NCBI RefSeq assembly: GCF_964355755.1
Contig: NC_092672.1
Coordinates: 32,308,437 to 32,372,436, forward strand
Reading direction: 5' to 3'
DNA length: 64,000 bases
Source of the DNA: Antedon mediterranea
Lineage: Eukaryota; Animalia; Echinodermata
The notes under the pieces: model-generated
What the model saw: only the letters and a program-made list of their open reading frames with translations
Told to the model about the DNA's origin: nothing
The model's database searches: none
Made by a program: the position numbers and the translations under genes
Part shown: piece by piece, positions 47,901 through 58,273 of the stretch
Layout of the letters: each line of letters begins with the position of its first letter
Position numbering within the stretch: the stretch's first letter is position 1

Positions 47901-50900
47901 ACCGTTAACAATAATCGGCGATCTTCTACGTAAACATTGAAATGTTAACGATTTACAGGAAAAGGTACTCGCTATTGTTATCATTTAAACTTAAAACGAT
48001 CGTCTTTGAACTGTTAACGATCAACAACGATATCGTCGAATAACGTCGACAGGAAAACAGGCTTTAGCCTCCACAAGACTCTGGTATCATATGAATTGGA
48101 TGGATGGATTTTTCATAATTTTCTAGTTGAAAATTTCAAAACTAGCTAATGTTTACTGGTTTTAATTTTTTTTAGTCTAGCAAAGGTACTTGAGACTTGA
48201 TCTAATATCTGTAAACTTTTTGTAGAATTAATTAATTAACAAAATTAATTTTCATGCTGTTGGGTTGCTTATTTTGCTCGTTTGATTTTAACAAATACCA
48301 AAGGTTTGCTAGTAAATAAAAAAGTAATATCTAGCCTGGTGCATTGCTATTGATACCTCTATCAAAAGGGACTTTTATGGTTCCCTAAGGTGTCCCCTTA
48401 ATAGGGGATCTACTGTAGATTAATAAAGTATATTAAATAATACACACTGTGCCGATGCCTCTTTAAGAAACTGTTCATCCGTCAATTTGAAAGAATCAAT
48501 AAGACATCGTTTAACCTCTTTATCCAAACTGGTGACATCTGTTTTCGGAAATTTCTGAATAATATGGCTGTGGAGCTTACTTGCAGCGAACGTTGAAGCT
48601 CTAGCGCCCCCATGGCCATCGAACACAGCATAGTAGGCTATCCGTGATCTAAGATAATAAAAGAAACAATAGATAACAAGAAAAGAAGGGGTTATAAGGA
48701 GGAATGATAATGGGGAACAATGAGTGTTGAGAAAAGCCAAATCTCAGATGGATCCATGCTCTGCAGGGAGTTTGTAAATGTCCAGCTGTCAATTTTGATT
48801 ATTTTCAGCCTGAAAGTGAATCCTCCACCAAAAAAACATATCTCATTCAATCTAATTAATGGTAATGTAATTTTCTATTTGGTAAAAGATTTTATAGAAG
48901 CTGTACCCTAATTAAGGAATGAAACTCTCCTAAGATTAATAATGGAAAAATCCATTTAGCAGGGTGGATCCGAGTTTTTCTTTTTTTTTTTCTTTTCACA
49001 CAATAATTTCCAATCTGCTTCATGCTCTTTAAAATTTTGTCCAGCTAATATATTCTTTAAAACATTTTTAAGACACCTAACCCTGTAACATATATTCCCT
49101 TTTTTAAAAACACTAGTTGACCCATTCAGAGTGAATAAATGATAATGATGTCGATACTAACATGCTGGATGGGAGGCTATCAAACTGAGAGGTCATGTCA
49201 TCAATGATCACATGTGCATCCTGCATTTCTTCACGTTCACCTTTCATCTCCTTCATATGACCTTTCAACTTGTGAATCCCTGCAAAAATAAGAATGAATT
49301 ACTGGTCCAGTCATAGCAGATTATATTTTAAAAAACTAGCCAATGCTCATCCATTTATTTAGACCATCGTTTAGAAATAAGCTTAGAAGATAGAGCAAAA
49401 AGTCTTTGGGAATGAAACCATTATATAACAAATATTACAATATCATCAATGGTCAACATGGTAACATGTTGGTAGGTGGTGCTATATTCACAAAAAAAAC
49501 CTAATTCTTCCCTCCTCCTTTTTCATATGTTGCCATTACACACCTAACCTAAGGATTAAAAGGTAACAAATTAAGTTCACTTGTGAGAATAAGTTCAATA
49601 ATACAAAATGTTATTTACACTTTATGATATGAAATTATAAAAACCGATCTATTTGTCACTGTATGGCCATGGTATATTGATGAAATAGGTTCACGTTAGC
49701 TGCTCATGTGCGCTCAAACAAAAAATAATAATATAGTTTTAAAGAAGAAATAAAGAAACAGCCCCAAACTTCTCCTGGCACCCCCTTTTTCATATGTTGC
49801 AATTATATCTAACTGATCGGTGAAATTAAATAAATCTTTTCATTTCTTAATGTATATTTTTACAACACATCACAAATAAACAATCAGTCATTTGGAAAAA
49901 AACGACTTATACTGACAGATGTAACGCGCTGAGACAGTTTGCGTGCATGATCGGTCGATTAAAATCTGGTGATGACAATTTTGAGAGAGCGCTGACGAGT
50001 CTGAACCACATAATTATTTCTTTCCAGCCTAATTACCATGTTCTAATTTCATTGCCTTTTTATCTGTAGATGCATCTTCTTTTCTTGCAATCGCGCATTC
50101 TAATTTTCGTTTTCTTTCCTCTGGTGTTTTCTTGTTGCTTTCTGTAGAAGGTACAACTTGTTCATGTAGTCTGTCTTGTTCTGTCTGATGTGTATTATTA
50201 TTTGTTGTACTTGTAACAGAACTACAACTAACATTAACTTCAGCTGGAATAAAAAAAAAATCACAATATGTATACATGAAACAGACGACACTAAATAATC
50301 TATATATCGTATTTGGACATTGTATCTGGGGCGGATCCAGACATTTTTGAGAGGGGGGGGTCCGCCGATAAAAAGGGCACATCAGATATTGAGTATTTGA
50401 GCCACACCCCCCCCCCCCCTCCCATGGTGGGGGTTGTGGCGAAGCGAATTTTGTTACAGGACACACTTAGATGGCCGGAAATGGCACTCTCGCACGCAAA
50501 ATCCATGATAAATGGCACCTTTCTAGTTCGCCGGAAATGACACTTTATTAGCAGGGATAACGATGCAAAATTAAAAGTTGTTATTTTTCAACCAATTTAA
50601 ACATTATCTGTTGGTATTTTGTTTCAATATTCCAATAAAGAAAGAATTACGAAAATCTGACTTGTAGTTTTCGAAATATAGGGTCTAAAACATTGCCGAA
50701 AATGATCGTTTTTAGCCACGAGCGTTGTAAACAAATTGCGCCATTTTTCGCTAAAATAATTACATATAATTACGTTTTATAGTAATTTCTTTTATATATC
50801 AACATTGGAAATATCAATAAAATATGTTATTAAATGTTTATAAAATATATAGAGTTGTTTATTTAACGGAATTCGTACAAATTCATTGCTCTAAATTTGT

Positions 50901-52453
50901 GTAGTACCGTTCAGTACAGAGTGATCACGTGACTTCTTGGTACACGTACGCGAGAGAAAACATTCCGCTGTGGGTGATTCGCGTCCACCAATCAAATAGC
51001 CAGAATCCAAAATCATTCAACCGTGAGCTCTGCCGATCCCGGGAAAGCTCAGCTTTGATTGGCTTACGATGACATCATATCACAAAATGGTGGTTTTGTA
51101 GTTGAGCCTCACGTAATTTTCACAAATATTGTTTCAAAAATGAAATAAATGAACCTTCTTTATGGTATGTGTGATTTTTCTTTAAAAGATTTGAATAATA
51201 AAGGCTTGATATCGAGAAAAAAACATTTTTTTTGCACTTATAATAAATATTTCTCAGAGAAAAAAGCACATGGCTTGTAGAACTATATTATCTTGGCGTA
51301 GGAAGTCAAACAAATCCCAGGTCATGAGAGGCTCAACTACAAGAACAAAGTTGAATAGTGTAGGATGACCGTTCGATGATTTTTGAGTAAACAATCTACC
51401 GCGTATGGTCGTACGCGCTAGATAGTACGATATTTTAAATACATTTTTTACATGTTTGGTTGGATGTAATGGAAATAAAAAATAGTTGATCTGATGGAAT
51501 GATATGTAAATAAACAAATACTCAAAAGAATTATGTTTACAGTTCAATTATTTTCAGAATAATAATACATCAAAATGTGTTTACCAATGGACAAATAATC
51601 GCGTCAATGACATAGCGCGCATGGTAACGTACGCGGAGTTGAATCGTAAAAAGTTTACATGCGCCCTCTGTAGTATGTGAAACGATCTATTTTTAGAAGT
51701 TTAAGTAGAGATCATCACGCGTCACCACCTCTCACGATGCTCTTTGATCGGCCGCCGTAACTTAACATCGCGCTCATTGTGATAAATTTCTGTTTTTATT
51801 TTTGGGGTTAGTGTAGCCTACTCTGTGCATACTAATATACACACAAATATGTCACACGAATAAAATATTGAACCTCTAAAAAAAGGGCACCCTTAAAATT
51901 TAGGGGGGGTCCGGACCCCGTGGACCCCCCCCCCCCCTCTGGATCCGCCCCAGTTGTATGGTTTTTTTTATTTTATCTAGCCTATAGGCCTATATAGGCC
52001 TATATACTTAATAAATAAAGTATTATTAATAAATAAACACTTATGTTTTGTTATATACTTATAGGCAGAAAAATTTGCATTCAAACACATAATTGTTTAG
52101 TTCAAACATCTTTGAAAACTTGATGAACTAACATGTATATCAAAAGTGGACGTGTTGGCCGCTTGTGGAATGTGAGCCGAACGTCCCTGATTCAGGCCTG
52201 TATGTATGCCATTTATGTGTGGGCATGTGTTGCGTGAAAAATGAATCAAAACAGAAAGGAGGATTGCCATTTATTTGGCCTAGGCCTGCGCCTAACTAGG
52301 CCTAGGCCTTGGCTAGGCTTAAGTATTGATTATTAAAAACCCTACTAGCTAGGCGTCCCTAGCTAGGCCTAGCCTAGGCCTAGTCCCTAGTAAGTTAGTA
52401 TCAGCTACAACTATACCTCTATCTGGATCTGGCAGATCTGAAAACAAATCCAT
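32909..52453 (-). CDS. ILKAP: Integrin-linked kinase-associated PP2C phosphatase (9 exons, 370 aa)
   Basis: Exons 52453-52417 (MDLFSDLPDPDR), 50243-50037, 49279-49162 (KGEREEMQDAH), 48648-48448 (AVFDGHGG), 47774-47687 (KPIWKDGSTA..ANLGDS), 34267-34146 (LCRYNE..HSPTQYEERIRIQKAGG), 33534-33415 (DGRIMGILEVSRSIGDG), 33213-33132 (LLACDGL), 33046-32909 (RGSSDNVTV). 1113 nt, all GT-AG and in phase. Confidence 0.96.
33670..33860 (-). mobile_element. tRNA-derived SINE, same family as 8255-8545
   Basis: Shares AGGGT.ACCCCT..TCTCGAAAGATGT.CTAGGTTCTA and GGTTCCACTGTCTTAA..GGCCACTCACTC with the SEC62-intron copy. Confidence 0.7.
35266..35593. repeat. 30/31-bp minisatellite x~10 immediately upstream of GPCR-1
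   Basis: GAAGATCTTTCATACCAAACTACAGTACTT units. Confidence 0.95.
35674..36597 (+). CDS. Intronless class A (rhodopsin-like) orphan GPCR, paralogue 1
   Basis: 307 aa with 7 hydrophobic segments; GIFENL (TM1), NLAVAD (TM2), MERF (TM3), W in TM4, FLCLIP (TM6), NSALNPIVY (TM7). Confidence 0.93.
   Translation: MYNSSRGNWTISTSYSRKMYIEPENIHFLSAGLTSIISLTGIFENLIVILAVCCICQLRKKPNILIVNLAVADFLSAVCSFFFMFAWSYEMVEDIILIMITIMTCSLIFVLAVSMERFIAIAAPIKYRYIVTGRRLAILCTFLWVLVVCVIVKFCIMTSYFTVRLSLALTVIVVFVYILMYFILKHSTNQHSTAGSARQARLRSVFITFSILVFSLFLCLIPNQILLLIHLECMDLSNMSSCSWNDYYYQITLPLLMMNSALNPIVYWWRIPELRDGIKRVSCFILLCSEPENRNNECNQGVDEQQV
38003..39435 (+). pseudogene. Class A GPCR paralogue 2, frameshifted, with a 20x in-frame TM5 repeat
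   Basis: TM1-4 lie in ORF 38003-38488 and TM5-7 in ORF 38293-39435. The frame changes at the (TA)n run at about 38425-38432. A second 1-nt deletion at about 39411, relative to paralogue 1, alters the C-tail. Confidence 0.85.
38471..39070 (+). repeat. 30-bp coding VNTR x20 (RLSLALTI[I/T]V)
   Basis: GGCTCAGTCT(C/T)GCATTGACTATCA(T/C)TGTGA with exact 30-nt periodicity. Paralogues carry a single unit. Confidence 0.97.
40688..41605 (+). CDS. Intronless class A orphan GPCR, paralogue 3
   Basis: 305 aa, same motifs as paralogue 1; TTTGACAG acceptor directly before the ATG. Confidence 0.93.
   Translation: MDNSSYYNWTQSTNDFSINFVDDNFIIVCMTSIISAAGIFENLIVILAVCCIRQLRKKSNVLIVNLAVADFLSAIFSFYFFFASLKFYWFLANVVLMMITIMTCSLIFVLAVSMERFIAIAAPIKYRYIVTGRRLAILCTFLWVSVSSCVIFQFFTTTIFFAVKLSLALTLIVVFVYILMYFILKHSTNQHSTAAKQKRLRSVFITFSILVFSLFLCLLPNQILLLIHFKLEFISFELDSCYWKGYCYRITLPLLMMNSALNPIVYWWRIPELRDGIKRVLYFVCCRSVAGNRNDEENQTDEQHV
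41810..42050 (-). mobile_element. Decayed CORE-like SINE
   Basis: Minus strand has GGGTTCGAGTC (B box), TCCTTAGGCAAGGTATTTTACTTC..TTGCCTCTCTCCACCC (CORE-like) and a TGTACAGCGCTTAGAG L2-like tail. Confidence 0.5.
42240..42476 (-). mobile_element. tRNA-derived SINE
   Basis: Minus strand GGAGTTGTGGCTTGGTGGTTA (A box) ... GGGTTCAAGTCC (B box). The 3' boundary is approximate. Confidence 0.5.
43131..44069 (+). CDS. Intronless class A orphan GPCR, paralogue 4
   Basis: 312 aa from the ATG at 43131; same motifs; ECL3 CYWEGHC. Confidence 0.93.
   Translation: MDSSSQTWLLEYNNSLLNRSEYNDIDINFISACMTSIISVAGIFENLIVILAVCCIRQLRRKSNILIVNLAVADFLSAVFNLYLLFAWQYSFGFIVNIVLIMIIIMIFSLVFVLAVSMERFIAIAAPIKYRYIVTGRRLAILCTFLWVSVLYVVIVQFFKPSIFVVKLSFTLTIIVGIVYILMYFVLKYATNRGHSSAGCAKQKRLRSVFITFSILLFSLFLCLIPNQILLLTHLKYRNLTYMFYSCYWEGHCYNISLPLLMMNSALNPIVYWWRIPELRNGIKRVLYFVCCRYLPENGNNEGGQTAETYEL
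45963..46856 (+). CDS. Intronless class A orphan GPCR, paralogue 5
   Basis: 297 aa; same motifs; 3' end nearly identical to paralogue 4. Confidence 0.93.
   Translation: MDNSSKDYDYFDDINVISVFVTGIISVAGIFENLIVILAVCCIRQLRKKSNVLIVNLAVADFLGAFVSLYFLFLWPDGFIAIIVLIMIIIMTCSLVFVLAVSMERFVIIAAPIKYRYIVTGRRLAILCTFLWVSVLCVVIVQFWIYTMYVVKLSLTLTIIVGLVYILMYFILKYATNQRHLVARSAKQKRLRSVFITFSILVFSLFLCLIPNQILMLTHLEFHHLSIMFYSCYWEGHCYNITLPLLMMNSALNPIVYWWRIPELRNGIKRVLYFVCCRYLPENGNNEGGQSDETYEL
47284..47490. mobile_element. MITE sharing TIRs with the 179-bp family but with a different interior
   Basis: AGCTTGGTTTCCACTAGCGACACAA...TTGTGTCGCTAGTGGGAACCAAGCT. Confidence 0.8.
47869..48063. mobile_element. MITE (AGC termini, TTA TSD; Harbinger-like), third family
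   Basis: TTA|AGCCTGTTTTCCTGTC...GACAGGAAAACAGGCT|TTA. Confidence 0.85.
50326..51953. mobile_element. 1.6-kb non-autonomous hAT-like DNA transposon in ILKAP intron 1 (probably with nested insertions)
   Basis: TTGTAT|CTGGGGCGGATCCAG...CTGGATCCGCCCCAG|TTGTAT: perfect 15-bp TIR and 6-bp TSD. No transposase ORF. Confidence 0.8.
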
Positions 52454-53269
52454 TTCTGCAAAGCTTTTATTCTTTTTCAATATAAATACAGTAGTAGTAG
52501 ACCAGTCGTATTTGAGGTATAGGTGTCACTTTTTGCAGAATTTACTTCATCTATTTTAGACAGATTATTACAGTTTGTATCACATTTTCAACAGAGCATG
52601 GATGCCCGCCCTCACACGAGCGGATAAGACACACATGTCACCAATCAAATAGAATTACTGTATGAATCATGATTGATAAAATATTTTGCAATTGTAAAAG
52701 ATAATTTATACAGAAAGGCTTAACAGCAACAACACCATTTTTGTTATTACCTATTGCCGAGTAGGCTGACGCTCAGTAATGTTTTTATGATATAATTAAA
52801 TTACTATAATTTGAAATACATGTTATATAGGCTAAAATATTAAATTCAATGTTTCTACCAGAAACAAGTTAAATAATACAGTATTGAAATATTAGTATCC
52901 TTCGTCATCAACAACGCGCTCGCTAGCGTCCGGTACGTGGAGGCGGAATGTCTAGTCTGCAGTTTTTTACTAAAAATAAATTGCATCAAACAATTAAATA
53001 TTAAAATAGTATTTAACATGATGTTAACGTGTATAGTTTATAACAAAATGATAAAAACTCTACCGGTCGTCCAGGCTTATATGTGAATGCTGATCGAGTC
53101 GTAGCATATATAGGCCTACTTAATTAAGAAGCAATCACCTTCATCTGATAGTTTAAGAACAGTTTTTTTCTCTGTTTAAGAATAGTAACATAATTTCTGT
53201 CTTCATTAAACTCCTCAATTATCTTTATTTTTTAATTATTACAAAGAAAATAAGTATAGGCCTAATTGT

Positions 53270-53535
53270 CTCGGACCTTGAACACAAAATTCGAGATGTG
53301 GGCGTACATAATGCTTGTAGATGACGTTAAAACAATCCTTATCCATATATACGAAAGTCCTTCTGATGCTTCTTAAACAGTTCATGGCCCGCTGAGATAC
53401 TTTGGCGAAGTGTTGGCTTGGTTTACAGTCATTAGTAATTAGTACTCCTAGGTCCTTTATTTTCTCAACTGTTTCCAGTTCAACTTCATCTATTTGGTAT
53501 TTAAAATGAACATTTGAATGTCCGAAGTGCATCAA
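53270..53535 (-). mobile_element. LINE (CR1-group) RT C-terminal fragment
   Basis: MHFG..KDLGVLI..IRRTF..IYKHYVRPHLEFCVQ. Confidence 0.8.
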
Positions 53536-54115
53536 TCAATATTCCTTTCTTATTAATATCGTATCTTCTCTTATTATTTTTAAAACTTCTTTCAATTTAC
53601 ATATTTCATATTTTCATCTAAAAGGCAAATGTAAATTCTTATCTAATAATGAGTTCATTTAAAACATATTCGTACGTACTACATCTGTTCAGCTTGTTTC
53701 ATTCAAGTTGCTGGAAAGTCGATAAGGGTCCGTGCACTTACTTTCAGTTGAGTTACATTCAGTTCATGGTCGACATAAGCCTATACGGTTACTTTATGAT
53801 GTTGGTGTTGGTAAAGATAAATCCGCCTCTATTTGTGTAATTAACTAAAACATTTATTTTGTTTTAATCTTACAGGAAAAAGAGAGCCATGGTAAAGGAA
53901 AAGTCTCAGTATATTTTATTTGTATTTTAATATTAATTTACTAAATATATTTACATACTATCGATCAATCATTAATAATTTACGTTTGCATCATAATCTA
54001 CGTACTAGTAGTGAACCTTTATATCTCATTTACGTACTATTTAATATTTATATCTCTCTCTCTTTTAAAAAAAAATATATTGGTTGAACTGACCCGTCGT
54101 TTCTCGAGCACTCTC

Positions 54116-54520
54116 CTATCGAATGTTTATACAGTATTGCATTAATAATTTACGTACGGTATTGCCGAATCTTTATATCTCATTTACCTGCTATCGAATC
54201 TTTATACAGTATTGCATTAATAATAATAATTTACGAACGGTATTGCCGAATCTTTATATCTCGTTTACTTTACTATCGAATCTTTATACAGTATTGCATT
54301 AATAATTTACGTGCGGTATTGCCGAATCTTTATATCTCATTTACATATTATCGAATCTTTAAACAGTATTGCGTTGATAATTTACGTAGTACGGTATTGC
54401 CGAATCTTTATATCTTGTTAACATACTATCGAATCTTCATACAGTAATTGCATTAATAATTTACGTACGGTATTTTGCCGAATCTTTATATCTCATAAAT
54501 TACATATACTATCGAATCTT
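54116..54520. repeat. Degenerate ~78-bp tandem repeat x5
   Basis: CTATCGAATCTTTATACAGTATTGCATTAATAATTTACGTACGGTATTGCCGAATCTTTATATCTC units. Confidence 0.85.
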
Positions 54521-56668
54521 TTTTTTTTTTTATTGATTAGTAATAGAAGGGTGTGTTATACATGTGTTACAAGTGTTATTTCATTGTAATACATTGTTTG
54601 TGTTTTCAATAAAACAACGTGGGGACGAAAACGCGACCTTTTACAGCACTATTCTTGGCCGGCCGGCCGCCAGTCGAGTTATTAGCAGAAATTCGCGTAA
54701 TTAATTACCGTACCGTACTTGCATCTTATTTTAGTATTTAAAACTCATTTTAAATTGATCAATATTTATATATCTGAAGGTATCCAATTTGGACAACACT
54801 CACCAACACCTCTCTTAATTGAATGCAATAAAAGATGTTGAATCTTGGGCATTTGTGTTGCTTTTGTGGGAAAATGTCTCTTTAGGGTTGAATCAACCAT
54901 TTGGCAGTCAAACGAGTCTCTGTCTATTTAATAGGGCCCGGAGTGTCTGGTGTCCCCGGAGTAGTGTGTGTACACATGGATAAAATAAGTAAATCTATGG
55001 TGTGTCAGATATATATGTGTCAAGCTACGCCCAGAGACCAAAATGCGATTTACTTTTCAGGCAGTATCCTCCCTTTGAAGTGTTATTTTTCGTTGGGTTG
55101 CTTACAACTCCAACACCTAAAACGAAAAGCTTTACTAATAGTTTTGAGCCCGCTCATACAACATTTATATCATTAACGAATTTTTATACGTATACGAATA
55201 GCTTTGCATCTTGGCCCGTGAGGTACGTTTTACTACGTTCGACTTTCGTACAATTTATCCTTTGAACTCTTTAAGCTATATTTAGATGGACTAAATCGTC
55301 TTTATTAGTGAACACTAATGTTTTGGCATTATTGACACGCGTATGTTACATACTATTGGGTATAACCTGGCCTATACATATTCAAATATAAAATTAGATG
55401 AAAACAAAATATTTATGCTAATGAGGTCACTTTTTTTTATAAAACATTGAGGCCTAACTTTAAGAAGGGTACAGTATGGGCCAATAAGGTTTTCCACAAT
55501 CTGCATAAAATTCCAATATAGTCACATTTGATACAGTGCATACAATCTCGATGCGTTTTAAAAGAAACCAACTAAAAGAGTACGTACGTCATTATAACTG
55601 TGCAACCACCAATGATCACTAAAAAACAATGGTTGGTCATTATGATAATTCACATATCTTATAATGATATATAGTACCGTAACTATGTTACCAAAGAAAA
55701 AATATAAGAAACAAAAGAAAACTAACTCAGTAAACAATGCTGATATTGTTTATCGATTATTGCACAATAATTCAATAAATCTTAGTACCTTATTAAATGA
55801 TTGTTGTGAAAGAAAAAGTAATCTGTGAAAGCTTGATCAACGATAAATATGTATAATAATTTCCGTTTTAAAAGTTTACTTTTAAAAAGCGTTCAGTTTT
55901 ATTTTGATAATTATAATAATTATAATAATAATAAATGTATTGGTAAATATTTATATTTTGCTTATTATTGCTTAAACATATTTATATTCATTCCTGAATC
56001 AGATGTCTTTTGTGTTATGTGTCATACAGATCAGTTGTGCTTTATCATGAATCGACTCTGTTATCTTATCTTTTTCTTTACAAATGAAATCAACGTCATA
56101 ATTAACACAAATTGTTCATGAATTGTTTTCCGAGAACCAAATTGGTACGGTTTGTGGGCAAAAGTAAACACTTGAAAACCTGCTGACTGTATGTGAGGCC
56201 ATTATAGCCATTAAATTATCATTATATTGTGATACAAAGAACAAATCTGCAAAAAACGAACCGTGAACTTAAACTAAAAGAGGAAAAAACATATTATACA
56301 AATAGTAAGTAAAATAGAAGAGAAAAACGGTTTTCGTAATAAGACAATTTGGTAAATCAAAAGACATGCCAAACCATAAAAGGGATCCCGAGCGATTTAT
56401 ATTTTAGTTGGAATAGTAGACATACATAACAGAACAATGCCGACAATAGTTTTACATAAGTCAGAATAGGATTTTAGTAAACGATACTAAAGTTATGAAT
56501 GACGAATAACAAACAAAAAACAAAACACCAATATAAATCCAAAAGCAAATTCCTGAAATATAACAATGCTTTTTCGATCTCAAATGATAAATCAAAGAAA
56601 AAAGAAAAAGAGGAAAATTGCCAGCATTCCTCCAGGTTAATGAAAGAGTACTGAAGAAAAATTAGAAA

Positions 56669-57040
56669 TACTGTATATAAAACCAGTCGAGAGCTGTATG
56701 AGTGGTGGACTGGAACAACACCGATAACTTTACTGTATATAAAGCCAGTCGAGAGCTGTATGAGTGGTGGACTGGAACAACACCAATAACTTTACGGTAT
56801 ATAAAGCCAGTCGAGAGCTGTATGAGTGGTGGACTGGAACAACACCAATAACTTTACTGTATATAAAGCCAGTCGAGAGCTGTATGAGTGGTGGACTGGA
56901 ACAACACCAATAACTTTACTGTATATAAAGCCAGTCGAGAGCTGTATGAGTGGTGGACTGGAACAACACCAATAACTTTACTGTATATAAAGCCAGTCGA
57001 GAGCTGTATGAGTGGTGGACTGGAACAGCACCAATAACTT
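56669..57040. repeat. 62-bp minisatellite x6
   Basis: TACTGTATATAAAGCCAGTCGAGAGCTGTATGAGTGGTGGACTGGAACAACACCAATAACTT, head-to-tail with no spacers. Confidence 0.96.
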
Positions 57041-58273
57041 TTTCGCATTGTTTTTTTCAATATTATTATTATTATTGCATCTTCTACGATTGTTTGATTT
57101 AATAATCTCGTTCAATTTGTTCAGTTGTTTATATAGACATAATAATAATAACTAACAGCTACAGATTGTCATTGGACCAATGAAGTGTCTCAAATATAAT
57201 AAACAAATAATGCTCAGTAGAAGGAAAGATAATGATTGGTTGATTACTCAGATTCAGTTAAGATCTCACAAAACTAAACACCACCCCTAACCCTTTTTAT
57301 TAATATGACAAGTGAAAGCTGCTGAGGAAGGTAGGTTTAATCTTTATATTTCACCATCACATTAAACCAAGCTCGATTATGTTTGTCATTCATTGTTGCG
57401 CATCCGCGCAAAAACAGGAATAATGATCACATAATGATGAGTCATTTTTGAAAGAAAGCTGAAGTTCACATTCGCCTTTTCCCTATTGGATCTAAAACTA
57501 AGGCATCATAATGAGAAGATAGCCTGCTTATTTAGAATAAATAACAGCATAAAATATTAACCATTTTTTAATAATTGTTTGCATTTGTGTAGCCATGGAG
57601 GAATTGTAACTAGGAATTGTAACTTCTCCATGGTTTAACTACCGTACTCTACCGACAACTATGTCGACATCACAATCCAGACTCACTTTATCCTATGGCA
57701 GAATCTGGATTTTTTTTTTCATTTTACCACAACAGTGTAAACGAATTTCAAATAACTTAATTTATCCAATACTGATGTTCTTAATATTTGGTCCATTATT
57801 TTAGTTTGCAATATTTCTGACACACATCCGTTATATTTAATCAGTACATTTGATAGCCACCTGAAACGTTTGTTAACAAATGCACTTTTTTTATTTTGTG
57901 GCGTAAACACCACTTGTATTCAGTTAACTTCTAATGCCATGTAGAAAATACTGAAAATCAAATTACTGAATTAACTATACTTTAATCATATTTGCGATGC
58001 TTGGAAAAGACCAACAATGTCATCATACGTATAAGTTAGACAAGTGTTGTGAATATTTCTGTGAACCTATGACCTAAAGAAAGATCTCCAAATAAAAAAA
58101 AGAAAATATTGATTACTAATGTAACAATAACATCAATCAACATGACATCATCATTATTATATTACTATTTTAATAAAAATTTCTTTTTCTATAAAACAGT
58201 TGCGGCGATCTGCAGTCTGTATAGTTGAATCACAGTTTTTTTCAAGTGGCAAAAAAGGCAAGCAAAAGGTGCA

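Noticed and set aside
50029-50540. 145-aa and neighbouring ORFs as separate genes
   Set aside because: Only 50243-50037 is coding (ILKAP exon 2); the rest is read-through into the hAT-like element end.
56669-57040. Regular 62-bp array (also the 30-bp arrays at 35266 and 38471 and the hairpin array at 12561) as a CRISPR-like locus
   Set aside because: Units are head-to-tail with no unique spacers, there are no cas genes, and the context is a spliced eukaryotic genome.
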